Source: Octopus sinensis (lineage: Eukaryota). Taken from it: 64,000 bases of DNA. Position numbers and translations under genes: made by a program. Below, piece after piece: positions 37,300-49,699 of this stretch. The stretch covers positions 119,722,001-119,786,000 of the forward strand of contig NC_042999.1 of assembly GCF_006345805.1 (NCBI RefSeq), written 5' to 3'. How positions within the stretch are numbered: the first letter of the stretch is position 1; every line of letters begins with the position of its first letter. The notes beneath the pieces are model-generated. The model had not been told where the DNA came from. It saw only the letters and a program-made list of their open reading frames with translations, and ran no database searches.

Positions 37300-38450
37300 C
37301 AGGAAATAAAAATGGCATTACAGAAAAAAAAAAAACGGTTAAGAGAACAAAAATCAAAAAATAACGATGGTGATCTTGGAAGTCCCCCGGAAATATTCAA
37401 ATCAAATACACATTCAAAACACAAACATATCCTCCGCCCCGTACCTCACAAAAATAATATACATATCACAACGCATCAACGAAAGTTAATATTGACGAGG
37501 ATCCAAAGGAAACAATAAACAACAGAAGAAAACGACAAAATCAATAAACAACAGCAGAAAACAAAATCGGTGAAATGTATCACTATAAAAACCTTCTCTT
37601 CTAAACACAGAGAGCTGCTGCACGACGGAGTAAATAAAAATAACGGGCCTGTGCAAAACATTCTGTACACTCAAAAGCTACCCAGATATCGACAGACTGA
37701 ATAATATTATCTATTCAGTAGCTACGATAGAATCAAGGGAGACTGAATTTGATTCTAACATGAGTAAACACTTTGCAGCCAAAGTCAAAGATATTTAAAA
37801 CAAAATGGAAACTAAATAATGTATATAAAATTAAACACATTGGAAGCATCAATTCTTTCTTAGCAAAATGGAAAAGAAGAGCTCCAATGGGATGAAAGGA
37901 AAAATAACGAAATGGTTTTAAAATATAATGACAATGAAAAGATAATCTAAAAGCAGAATAAGAAAAGGCGTAGACAAATCACGTCTAGGAAGGCATGTAA
38001 CAGATTTGGCTTCGAAAGTCGCGAGTACTTTTTCAAGAGAAAAACATATTAGAATGATTTACCAAAATGTTTTACAAGAACTTAAAAAAATTAAAACAAA
38101 GTGAAGAAAATAATACTGGAGAACATATTTAGACTCACTAAAGTTAAAGCACGCTTTTGAGGAATAAAGAAAAACAATATGTAATAAATACGTACAGTGG
38201 ATTACAATAGCACTGGAAGAATGGATCTACATAGTTGCCATAATACCCTTTTAAAAAATCTAATCAACTATTCATGAGACAGACACAGTTTTAAATGTCT
38301 AAGTAAAGCACCTATCATTGTAAATTCTGAAGTGGCAATATTCAACGAGAAGTATACCATCTAAATAAACAACTAGCTAAATGTACGAGAAGAAAGTATT
38401 AATTATTCGAAACATTAACAAGGATGACTCACACAACTGCATGTCAATCA
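37300..38450 (+). pseudogene. Possible highly degraded Penelope-like element (RT thumb to GIY-YIG)
   Basis: A-rich stretch; weak resemblance of SYPDIDRLNNIIYSVA and ILKWQY....P.....MYEKKVLII to PLE motifs (H..S.HP....I.YS; KW.I....PY....C.LC..EK..I). Many stops. Confidence 0.3.
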
Positions 38451-38531
38451 CAATGCATCCAGACTGCATAAGACATAGGTTACTCTTCTAGGAGGCAACA
38501 CTATCCTGTTCCTTGTATATAAAATAAAAAT

Positions 38532-38781
38532 TAATGCGCCCTTTTAAAGCCTAGCCAGGCTCATGGGCCCGGTTTCCCGGTTTCACTGGCGTATGTGTTC
38601 CCCAGCTGGACGGAACGCCCGTCCATCGCAGCGTTTCTCATTTTTAACAGCTGAGTGGACTGGAGCAACGTGAAAGGAAGTGTTTTGCTCAAGAACACAG
38701 CGCGTCGCCCGGTCCAGGAATCGAAACCACAATCTTACGATCATGATGCTGACACCCTAACTACTAAGCCACGCGCCTCCA
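38532..38781 (-). mobile_element. tRNA-derived CORE-like SINE (family C)
   Basis: The minus strand reads GTGGAGGCGCGTGGCTTAGTAGTTAGGG...GGTTTCGATTCC...TGTGTTCTTGAGCAAAACAC...CTCCAGTCCACTCAGCTG...GAAACCGGG. Confidence 0.8.
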
Positions 38782-40099
38782 CGTTCCTTATATATATATA
38801 TTAGGATTCATTGCAGGGATTGATTACTCTTAATCATTCACAGCTTAACGCCATTGTTTAATGCAGAGACCAAAACAACTTTGGAATAGTTGGTCTAATT
38901 AAGGAGCATCTCTGTGAGCGCTTGAGCATCTAAGCATAACTGCCCCATTTCGATCAAATCACTCCTTACTTTGTTATATAAATTAAATACTGCAGTACTA
39001 CATATTCTGAAAAAACAAAAGCAAAAAACACTCGATGGTTATCACTAGAGAGCTTCTGATTCTAAAGCTGCTAGATCAGCTACTCAACAACAATGCCAAC
39101 AGTTATAGGATATGAAGCATCAATAATTTGAATTAAACTTAAAATGTATTAGCGAAGAAAGTCATTTAGTTAACTGTAAATTAATCCATATTCATGAATC
39201 TTTCGATTCAGCGCAAATTAACATTGTTGCTCTAAATCAATAGCTCTTAAGCTCTTAAACATAGGCATGATGACCAACATCCACTTCTTCTATAACATCA
39301 AGAAATACTTGGTAAATGATTGCATGAAAATCACTAAATTAAAAATATATCTTGATATTAAACATGCTTCTTCTGCAAGCACGACTTCACCGTTAAAAAA
39401 AAAAAACGATTTCTGATAACTTCGAATAAACGAAAATAATGCTTTCTTATTTTAAAACAATACATTGATTCGTATGAAAGTATTATGCAAATCTTCACGC
39501 TTAATTGCAAAAGCTAAAAAATCTTACGCGAATGTTGAAGTGCATGTGTGGTAGACCGAATCATAGATATATATCACATTTGGAAATAGCACTTCAGAAA
39601 CGAAAGAATTACACAAGTGAAAGAGAAACAATGTTAAATGATACGTTGAGGTATTGCAATAACAATTTTGTGCAAATTATTGAAAGAATTAAAGGAAGTA
39701 GTAAATTTATAATTGAGTTTGGTGAATCGAAGGACATTACAAATACAGTTCAACCGTTGTAATATATTCGTATAAAAACAGCCTGCTGTGGATCATAATA
39801 TGAACGTCAGCAGGTGAAGTTGTCCCTGAAAATGGATTATTTTATTGAATGAAGTATGCTATGAATGGAATAGCTGCATTGAGGAATGTACAATGACACT
39901 GTAGTAATTCGAGGAAGGCGTTGTATTTCAAACTAAAGATATGCATGCTTGCATTTCACCTACAACATTCCCTCATTGCATGATCTGGCGGAAGGAATTG
40001 GAAGTTAATAACAAAAATTTAATCAGAGCTAAATCTAGATGCACAGGATGTTCAAAGTGTCAACAATACCAAGTGTCATTAAAAGTGTCATTCATTATT

Positions 40100-40720
40100 T
40101 TGCCGAGATTGTATAGGTCACAGGATGTGTTCATGTCAATCAATAAACAGACTTTATTGCTTTTGTATTTCCCAACAATATCTGGTTTATTTGCCTTGAT
40201 GGTCCGGTATGTACATACTGGGAAGTCTCAAAGATTAGTTACATTTTCTCCCTCCGTTACAGCCTCAGGGTGGTGCTTGTACCATTTGTCAGCAGTTTTG
40301 ATTTTATAGTGCCGATACATATAGATATTGACCAACTCTGTTATGTCTTGATTTGTACTCTACAGGCGCTAAAACCTTACATCTAGAGATTAGGTGGTTG
40401 ACTATTTTTTCTCATCGTTGCAGTATCGACACATTGGTTTTACGCCATTTTTCATCACATTGGTTTGATAGTTTCGGATCAATAAACTCTGATCTTGGGA
40501 ACCCAAGATAAAGCCTTCACTCTCTGCCTTTAGCCCTGAGCTCAGTAGCCACATATTTGCCATGCAAAAGTTTTTGTTCCCACCTATTAGCCAATTGTTC
40601 AAGCGTATTTTGCTTTGCTATTGGTGTCACCTTCTTTGCAACTACAATTGCTGCATTTCCCTCATGCTTTCCAACCTGGGTATTATGCATAAACTTACAT
40701 GCGCAAAACTGAGGTAATTG
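40100..40720 (-). pseudogene. R4/Dong LINE fragment (CCHC/RLE region)
   Basis: EQLANRWEQKL, WLLSSGLKAESEGFILGSQDQSLLIRNYQ..MCRYC, HLISRCKVLAPVEYKSRHNRVG, WYKHHPEAV, IKANKPDIV, VCLLIDM. Confidence 0.85.
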
Positions 40721-41452
40721 AACGCACGAAAATGTGACGAGAAATCGAAAGAAAAATGAGTGGAAGATGCCGAAGATGTGGGCTTTTACGAGACAATCGA
40801 GTCTCAGGTTGCAAAATATATGGTAGTAGTGATAGAAAAAACAAAAGGAGTTGACAGCATACATATGTATCAAATGCTGAAGAGTACCCGTAAGTGATTA
40901 AATACTAATTAATCGTGTGGCAATTCTCTGGATGAGTTTCGGTATGCCCGTGTGCATAGTATGAGCATTGTCCTAGATGTGATATTATTTTATTGCGGGC
41001 CGCATTTGGGCCTTGTAAAGTGTTCGCAGCTGTTTCAACGCAAATTGTTTCTGGCCCTGAAGAGAGGGATCAGTCTTAGAGATAGAGTTCTAGTTGTGTT
41101 ATAGATCTGCTTTTGACAGGGGTCAGGAAGTCGTATTAAACTGGGTAGCGTTATGCGCCGATCATTTTCTCAAAATGTAAATATTTTATGCCCAGAAAAA
41201 AGAGGGCTTCATTAAAATAAGCGATCAGCAATCAGAAATTAAGGAGAGAAAAATTTGTGACACGTAGTAGTTGTAGAAGTAGCACCAGTTATGGGAGCAA
41301 CAGCAGCAATTGTAGTAGTAGTAGCTGCAGAATAAGTATCGATAATTTATGTTAATAAGAGTGTAAGTGTATATTTATGTATTTTTATGTGTGTGTTTAT
41401 ATACATACATATAAACACACACATAGACACACACATGTCTATTCGTATAAGA

Positions 41453-41489
<37 letters not shown>

Positions 41490-41779
41490 ATATATAATAC
41501 ATATACATACATACATACATGCATATATATATATATATATATATATCCTAAAATTATAATTTAGGGTATCTAAGAGATACCACCACGCTGGAAATAGCAG
41601 CCAAAATTTGACTCTAAAACTACATTAATTGTTCATACAGCACCAGGAGAGAAGACAAAGAGACAAAATAAACGAGCAAAAAGATTACTGGATAATTCCA
41701 GATCCCGGATTTCTGGCTCTACATAAGAAATGCGCAGGCTTCACCGGTGGAATATACTCAGATAGCACATAAATACAAC

Positions 41780-41811
<32 letters not shown>

Positions 41812-41952
41812 ATATATATACAACATGCCATATACTTACATATACGAACGTATATGTAAGTATATGGTCTTGTGCATACATGCATATATATGTATGTATG
41901 TATGTATGTAAGTATGTATGTATGTATGTATGTATGTATGTATGTTTGTATA

Positions 41953-42001
<49 letters not shown>

Positions 42002-42695
42002 ATTCATATACAGTTGAAATATATGGGAAGTTGTATCGCTCCTAATAATATGCCTTGTTTTCACTTTGTAGAACATTTCCTTTAGGCTGTCAGGACCAGG
42101 TCCCTGCTAGCAATTTGCGTTTTCCTATTGAGATTTTACTCTTCATTAAATAAATTCATTGTTCCAGTATTCCGTAATACCATCATTCTCTAATTCCGTT
42201 ATGTGATTACGGTGATTTTCAGAAAACTTGTTAAGCTTAAACTTAATATGTTTCTAACAAAGGCAACGCATAAAGAATTTTCTCTTTGAAAATAAAATCG
42301 AAATGTCCTTGAAAAGCAATGTGAAATAAACTAATGGAAACATGCACCACAACATGCAGCACAACATCATGAATTTGAAATGTTTTCAAGCACTGCTGAT
42401 TTTGTTTCAGGAAATAATTCGACTTAAATTCTTTTAAGATAATCATAACAGAGCATTTGATATATCAGGAACGAAACTGACTCTACAAAATATTATCTGC
42501 CAAGCCAAAATTGTAGAAACATAGTTTATAGATCTGTCATGAAATTCAAATACCAAATAGAAATTATCAGAAACAAATTTGAGAGTCTTTCGCTGAATTT
42601 CGATTATAACTTGAGTAACCCATAACAGCTCTTCTAGCATTACGTTTCATTCATTTCTATAAAAGTATATATTTACAGCTTTAGTGTAAATAGTA

Positions 42696-42786
<91 letters not shown>

Positions 42787-42788
42787 TG

Positions 42789-42819
<31 letters not shown>

Positions 42820-42946
42820 ATATATATATATATATGTATGCATGCATCCGTACGCACATACATACGTACGTACGCACATGCACACATACGTACATAATAC
42901 ATACGTTCATACACACACACACATACACACACACAAACACACACAT

Positions 42947-42981
<35 letters not shown>

Positions 42982-43165
42982 CATATACAGAAATAATTTT
43001 TAATTCTCAAACGCATGATAATGCTAATAAAATAGCGTGAACAGGATAAATTATCCATACATTGCAGAAAAATACGTTACCAACCAGCCATGAGACTCGA
43101 ACTCACATCCCTGTGATTACGCATCATGACCAAAGAGTGTCGTTTATATATATGTATATATATAT

Positions 43166-43435
43166 AACGACACTCTTCGGTCATGAATGACTATGGGATT
43201 GCACCTAGAAAGTTACCCTCCGAGGCACAAGTCTGGGTATGGTTGTCTATGGAAGACCAGCAGTCACCCATGCATACCAGCCTCCCCTCTCCACGCAAAG
43301 GCCGATACAGCTTGGCGCCGGTGAAGTCGCAACTCATTTCTATAGCTGAGTGCATTGGATCAACGTGACATAATGTGTCTTGCTCAAGAACACAACACGC
43401 AGCCCGGTCTGGGAATCGAGCTCACAACCTTACGA
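43166..43435 (-). mobile_element. CORE-like SINE with a different 3' tail
   Basis: The minus strand has GTGAGCTCGATTCC...TGTGTTCTTGAGCAAGACAC (CORE-like) and a tail ending ...CATGACCGAAGAGTGTCGTT-(TA)n. Confidence 0.7.
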
Positions 43436-43612
43436 TATATATCATGCTTAAAATAAGTGCTGGGTCGATTTGCTTGACTAAATCCTTCGGGATGATGCGT
43501 ATACACACACGTACGCACGCACGCACGTACGCATGCACGCACGTACGCACTCACGCACGCACTCACGCACGCACACATGCACACACGCACATACACGCAC
43601 GCATACATTCTG

Positions 43613-43843
43613 TTATTCTTTTCTTGCGTCAGTCAGTTGACTGCGGCCATGCTGGAGCACGGCCTTAAATGGATTTTTAGTCGAAGAGATTGATTCCAGG
43701 ACTTATTCTTTGTAAGCCTAGTACTTATTCTATAGTCTTATTAGCCGAACCGCTAAGTCACGGGGACGTAAACACACCAGCATCGGTTGTCAAGCGATAG
43801 TGGGTGGGGGACAAACATAGGCACAAAAACACACATAAATATG

Positions 43844-43890
<47 letters not shown>

Positions 43891-44200
43891 TTATATATAT
43901 AAATAATAATAAATATTAGGGAATAAATCCAAATTTACAGGGAAAATCAGATTTAGGATTGAATCCAATTTTATAGTAAAATAATATGTAATATTAATTA
44001 GAGACAAAACCACTATTTTGCAAATCAAACAAAGAAAGACTTAATCCAATACATAAAAAAATTTTAATATAAATTAAATAAAATTATATTTATTATATTC
44101 GCCACAATATATAATTTTATTTAATTTATATTAAATTTTTTTTATGAATTGGATTAAGTCTTTCTTTGTTTGATTTGCAAAATAGTGGTTTTGTCTCTAA

Positions 44201-44233
<33 letters not shown>

Positions 44234-44382
44234 CGTCAAGCTTCTTTCAGTTTCCGCCTACCAAATCCACTAACAAGCCTTTGGTCGGCCCTAAGGTATA
44301 GTAAAAGACACTTGGTCAAGATGCTACGCAGTAGGACTGAACACAGAACCATGTGGTTGGGAAGCAAGCTTCTTACCACACA
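43613..44382 (-). mobile_element. SINE family B, with a fold-back insert (~43905-44209) in its internal microsatellite
   Basis: Head and body at 44222-44382 and 3' module at 43613-43835 are reverse complements of the modules at 17670-17835 and 18095-18313. Confidence 0.75.
43989..44209. repeat. Fold-back: ~101-bp arms, ~19-nt loop
   Basis: TAATATTAATTAGAGACAAAACCACTATTTTGC... / ...GCAAAATAGTGGTTTTGTCTCTAATTAATATTA, about 2 mismatches. Confidence 0.93.
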
Positions 44383-44893
44383 TTTAAAGATGACAGTATG
44401 GTGTTTCTTTTAATGTCAAATATTGTGTTGATGTAATCAAGCATACCTGTCTACTGAAGATATTCACACACACACATACACACACACACAAACGCGCACA
44501 CACATATACACTCATGCATGCGCAGACACATTGCTTTTGCAATCTACATTGTTATACATTTTATTAGCCGTAGTTTGTTAGTAAAGTATTTTCTAACTAA
44601 ATGATCACTCATGTGTTATATTGTTTTATTAGCTATTGAATTTTACAATTTTGAATAGGCGTCGCGAGAAATTTCATCTTGTAAAAAGTGACCATGAGAA
44701 AAGAAAGTTTAAAAATATCTAAATAGCACGATACACGAATTACGATGCCCACAGTGGTGAAGAAGCTGGCCACAGTATCTCTAATGCTAGGTGAAAGCTA
44801 CAACAGTCAAACTTTCGTACAGTCAACAGTAATAACTCTGAAGTTCAAACAACTGCTGAAGGAAGAAATAAAGGCATATCTCTTTAACATATA

Positions 44894-46152
44894 CGAGGGA
44901 CGTTCAATAAGTAATGCCCCTGACCCACTTGCAGTTGTTTGATCTAGCTGAAATTTTGCATGTGCAATTATTTATATCTCTATAGAGTAAGTAGCAAATT
45001 ACAGCTCTGCACTAATTGTGGTTTCTGATTTACAGGCGTTTGAACTGAGTCAAGTGTGAAATGGAGCCTTTTGAGTGTCGAGCAGTGATCCGGTTTTTGT
45101 ATTTGAAAGGACGCACACCACGGGAGTCTTTTGATGAAATGAAAGTAACTTATGGTGATGATGCCCCTTCATATGACCTTGTAAAACGCTGGCATCGTGA
45201 ATTCAAACATGGTCGGAACTCTGTGGAAACAGCTCCCAGATCTGGACGTCCCTCTTCTGCCATTGATGAGGCATCTGTCCGTCAAGTTGAGGCTGCCATT
45301 TTGGAAGATCGACGCATAACTATTCGCCAAATAGCCCATGAGGTCAAGATTAGTACCGGGTCTGTGGAAACTATCATTCATGACCATTTGCATATGCAAA
45401 AGGTGTCTGCCAGATGGATTCCCAGATTGCTCACACCTTTCCAGAAGCAAGAAGGCGTCGAGTGCTCGAGGATGAATTTGAAGATGTGCCAAGAAGATGA
45501 GTCAAAGTTTTTCAAAAGACTGATTACACAGGATGAAACCTGGGTCCATCACTATGATCCAGAGACCAAAGCCCAGTCAATGCAGTGGAAGCACCGTGAC
45601 TCACCTCTTCTAAAGAAGGCAAGGGTGCAGCCCTCCGCTGGCAAGGTCATGCTCACAGTCTTCTGAGACCAGGACGGAGTAGTGATGACAGATTTCCTGG
45701 CAAAGGGTACCACAGTTACAGGAGCCTATTATGTTTCACCTCTGAGGAAATTAAGAGAAGCTATCAAAATCAAGAGGCGGGGCAAGATCAACAAAGGCGT
45801 CCTCCTCCTGCAGGACAACGCTTCGGTCCGCAACTCGCGTGTCGCCAGATCAGAAGCACAGGCGTGCGGCTATGAACTCCTCCCCATCCCCCTACTCTCT
45901 TGACCTGCACCCTCTGATGTTCACCTCTTTTCAGCCATGATGTTGTTTTTGAAAGGAAAGCGTTTCCCAGATGATACAGCCTTGATTTCTGGGGTCTTCT
46001 ACAAAAATGGTCTCCAGAGCTGCATCAAACGATGAGAGAAATGCGTAACTCTGGGTGGTTCCTATGTAGAAAAAGACAAATAACTGTGCCAAGTTTCGTT
46101 GCTCTACTGCTATGGGAAGTGGGTCAGGGGCATTACTTATTGAACGCCCCTC

Positions 46153-46153
<1 letters not shown>
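44894..46153 (+). mobile_element. Complete mariner element (1260 bp), TA TSD
   Basis: TA|CGAGGGACGTTCAATAAGTAATGCCCCTGACCCACTT ... AAGTGGGTCAGGGGCATTACTTATTGAACGCCCCTCG|TA (~37-bp TIR, 1 mismatch). Confidence 0.95.
45061..46060 (+). pseudogene. mariner transposase (DD34D-type), disrupted
   Basis: MEPFECRAVIRFLYLKG, RSGRPS, VSARWIPRLL, ITQDETWVHHYDP, GKVMLTVF*D (W to stop at 45664-66), LLQDNA, and a frameshifted HPPYS.DL.PSD at ~45885-45920. Confidence 0.92.
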
Positions 46154-46191
<38 letters not shown>

Positions 46192-46923
46192 TGCAATCAT
46201 ATTACTAAATTATCATCAGAAATTGAGCAGCATAAGCAGGATATAAGTTAATAGCTAGTTTCGCAACCCGAGAAACGAACCATTATTAACATTAAGACAT
46301 ATAAATTATAGAAGCTGTAAAATATAACACTACTAATGCGTTAAGAAAATATCAAATATCAGAAACAAATAAAATAACTATCAGAAAGCACCTTGCATTA
46401 TCGAGATGGAAATCTTAATTCAGAGACTACCACAGCTGAAAAAAGATGAAAGACTAATACATATATCAACACAGTTTAAAAACCAAATGTGATTAAACTA
46501 ACTGTTTGTGAAAGATTCCAAAATCAATCTATCGAATCTATAACATAAGCAGCACTATCAGTGTATGGGGAGAGAGCTGAGAGTCAGTATGGGTAAGAAA
46601 TGGTACATTATAACAAGCAAACGGAAAGGAGTGAAGAAGTATATCAAATGTACGGAAAAAGAGAATTTTCCCTCAGTGCTGTTTATCCCCCCCCCCCTCA
46701 AAAACAAAACAAAAAACAACCTGTCAAATACAAAAACTGCAAAACTGAAATCATACAATAAGGTATTGAAATAAGGATCTGTTAGGTCAGAACAGGGTTT
46801 TGATCATACCACATAAAAAAGTATAGAAAACAGTTTAGAATTTTTCTAACTGCTATAACTCTTATATATATAACTCTAAATGTTAGCTAAACTCTCCAGA
46901 CTATGCAACGACCTACCAGAACA

Positions 46924-46954
<31 letters not shown>

Positions 46955-48703
46955 TTCTATATTGTATTTCTCCATCTTTTCTTATAAGATTCCTATTCTT
47001 CAAACAATACTATAACGTCCGATCAAACTGCGGGAAGAATCAAGAATAGAACTATGAAAAATAACTACTTATTAAGAGAATGTGTAAAGTACTGCTTGAA
47101 CCTTCTTCTGTGACTAAACAATCATAATTCTTTGATAGAATACCACATGAGTGAGTTATCAAAGCTTTACAATTAATCAACTGCACTAACAAACGAAATC
47201 ATAGAATGTCAGCTTATATTTGAAAGTGAGCGCAAACTAATCAAGTTTAACACCATGTATGATAAAAATTGTATGCAAGAGAGTGATAGCATATGAATAT
47301 CGATATTTTCCTCTCTAATCTATTACTGTAGTTGATTACAAAGCAAGAAATTATTAATTGATTTCTTCGTCATACCTATAAACGAATATGATCTTCGAAT
47401 GAAAACTAGGGAGGCGAAAATGTCACTGACAAAGCGAAAAAACCCAGGACCCCTAAAGAGAAAATCCATGAATTTATTTTTTGCTACTATATTCATAAAC
47501 TCAGTTAATTTACATGTACTGGCTGAGACAGTATTCCATTGCATAATGTGGTTGAGAAAAGAGAAACGCTTTAGGTACACTTCATTAGGGGCTTTGGTAC
47601 AATATTCCTGCATCAGTCTACCTTAGCTGTGTCAAATTCAATTGTGAATGTGCAATGATGTAGTTTTAATAGCGTTAGCAGAGAAAGGTAGAGAGAGCCT
47701 ATGATTGTTTCCGCGATTTTGGAGGCACAGCGGGGGAAGGTTAAAGTTGTCCACTGACTGGAAAATGGATGACTTTAATGCTAAAAATTGGCTAGACACC
47801 GCTAAAGGCAGCCATGAACCGAAGACAGTGTTTAAACTTGCAGCAGATTAAGCCTAGAGATCTGGGCCACCTGATACTCTTCATACAGCTGTTGTCAATC
47901 AGTTTTTTCTCAAAAGGTTTTGGGCGGAACGAGACTTTTGCAGAGAAACTCCAAGAGGTGAAACATAATAGGAACGAACCAGAAAGCACATGGTTGAGAA
48001 GCAAATATTTTAACCACGCAGCTACGCCTGAACCTAAACTTCAATATGCTACACAAGGATGGAAGCGTTGGCACTGTATCAAAAGTAAATGGATGAGCCT
48101 TTTAGTATCCTCCTCATGCCACTACTCAGGATAAGCATAAATATAAGATGATGTGATAAAACAAAAGCCCATTATTCTAGAGAAACATTGTCTCCCAGTA
48201 TGGAAATGATTTTGATCCATTGTAATCTTAAATGGAGCGACTATGGACATAGAATAGATATGCACTGCCTACCATGCTAATTGTTCTTCTCTCAGCCCTG
48301 TTTTCAAACGACACTGGTGGGCCTTTGCTGTCAGTAGATGAAAAAGAAAAACAAACAAAATACTATCTAATACAAGCATCAAATCCTGATCATGATCAAC
48401 ATTTGGAACATCCGTGAATGAACATGATCGTTCGCTTGTATCCTGATGTTATATCATGAAAAATTACCTCCCACAAAAGTTATAGCAGCCGACTTACGTA
48501 GCAGTATTCAAACTACTACTACTACTACTCCTGACACATGAAGTATCCCTCACGTGTTCACTCCTTCAAATAATACTAATGTTTATAACGATATGGATAA
48601 TGTCGCCCTGAATAAATTGTATTTGAAACAAAGACACAAGGTCAGAACACTTTTGATATATACATCCACAAATATACGTGCTTAAATATGCAGAGGACAA
48701 TGT

Positions 48704-48739
<36 letters not shown>

Positions 48740-49014
48740 TTAGGTATGCTTATATGGATATATATATTATATATGTCTGTGTATATATGTATGTGTATTC
48801 GTTTCACTCATTGGGAAATTCTTGAAGCGTTTAGTCGATCAAATCCACCGCTAATATTTTTTTTCACGTCTGGACCTATTCTAATGGTTTCCTTTGTAAA
48901 CTGCAAGTTTGTTTACTTTTTTGTAAACTTCAAGTTGCGGGAATGTAAACAAACCAATCCCAACTTTTAAGTAATAAAGGACAAACATGGATATATGCAC
49001 ATACACGTACACAC

Positions 49015-49215
49015 ATTATATACGTACATATATACATACTCACACAACGGGCTTCTACAGATTTCCCGTCTACCAAATTTATATTTAATCCGAAAGTACA
49101 TGTCAGCCCGGAGCTACAGAAAATACAATTTCCCAAAGTTCCGCTCATTTGGCTGAATTGAACCTGAAAGCACGTTGTCGTTTAGAGAACTTCTTAATCA
49201 CACAGCCATTCATAC
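49015..49215 (-). mobile_element. SINE family B head and body, degraded (a similar fragment lies at 47905-48030)
   Basis: ACGGGCTTCTACAGATTTCCCGTCTACCAAATT...AATTGAACCTGAAAGCACGTTG...CTTCTTAATCACACAGCC. Confidence 0.6.
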
Positions 49216-49699
49216 TCCTGTAATATATATCGTTTCACTATTTATATAACCTCTGTTTTCACCCTATTGTTTGATCTGACTCCAACACACAGTTCATCTA
49301 ATAAATATTATATTATTTCCCTCTAACTTTGCCACATCATCCTGTGAACTATTTTTTTTTTACAAGAAATAATGATTTCCAGCATTGGCACAAGACCAGA
49401 GCACACATTTCGAGAGAGTGGTGTAGTCTTATAAATTGACTCTAGTACTTGACTTGTAGTAATTGTATAGACACCTATGAGACAAAGTTGAATGTCTGTC
49501 ATCGAAGGTGTGAACCTGGCAATCAATGGTTAAATGAAAGTGTAGAGATATTGATTTAGTGGCGGATTCGGCAACAATGCGCTGTTTGATGAATTCCAGG
49601 CTGAATAGCAGCAGTCAGTGCATAATAGTTTAGATGTGGATGGGAAGTAACTGACAATCATAGACTGCTGCAGCAGTCTATAACTTTAGGATATATATC

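Noticed and set aside
47323-47613. 96-aa minus-strand ORF in non-repetitive DNA (also 39505-39762 and short ORFs at 60.3-61.3 kb)
   Set aside because: No recognisable domain or convincing splice signals; the length is within chance expectation.
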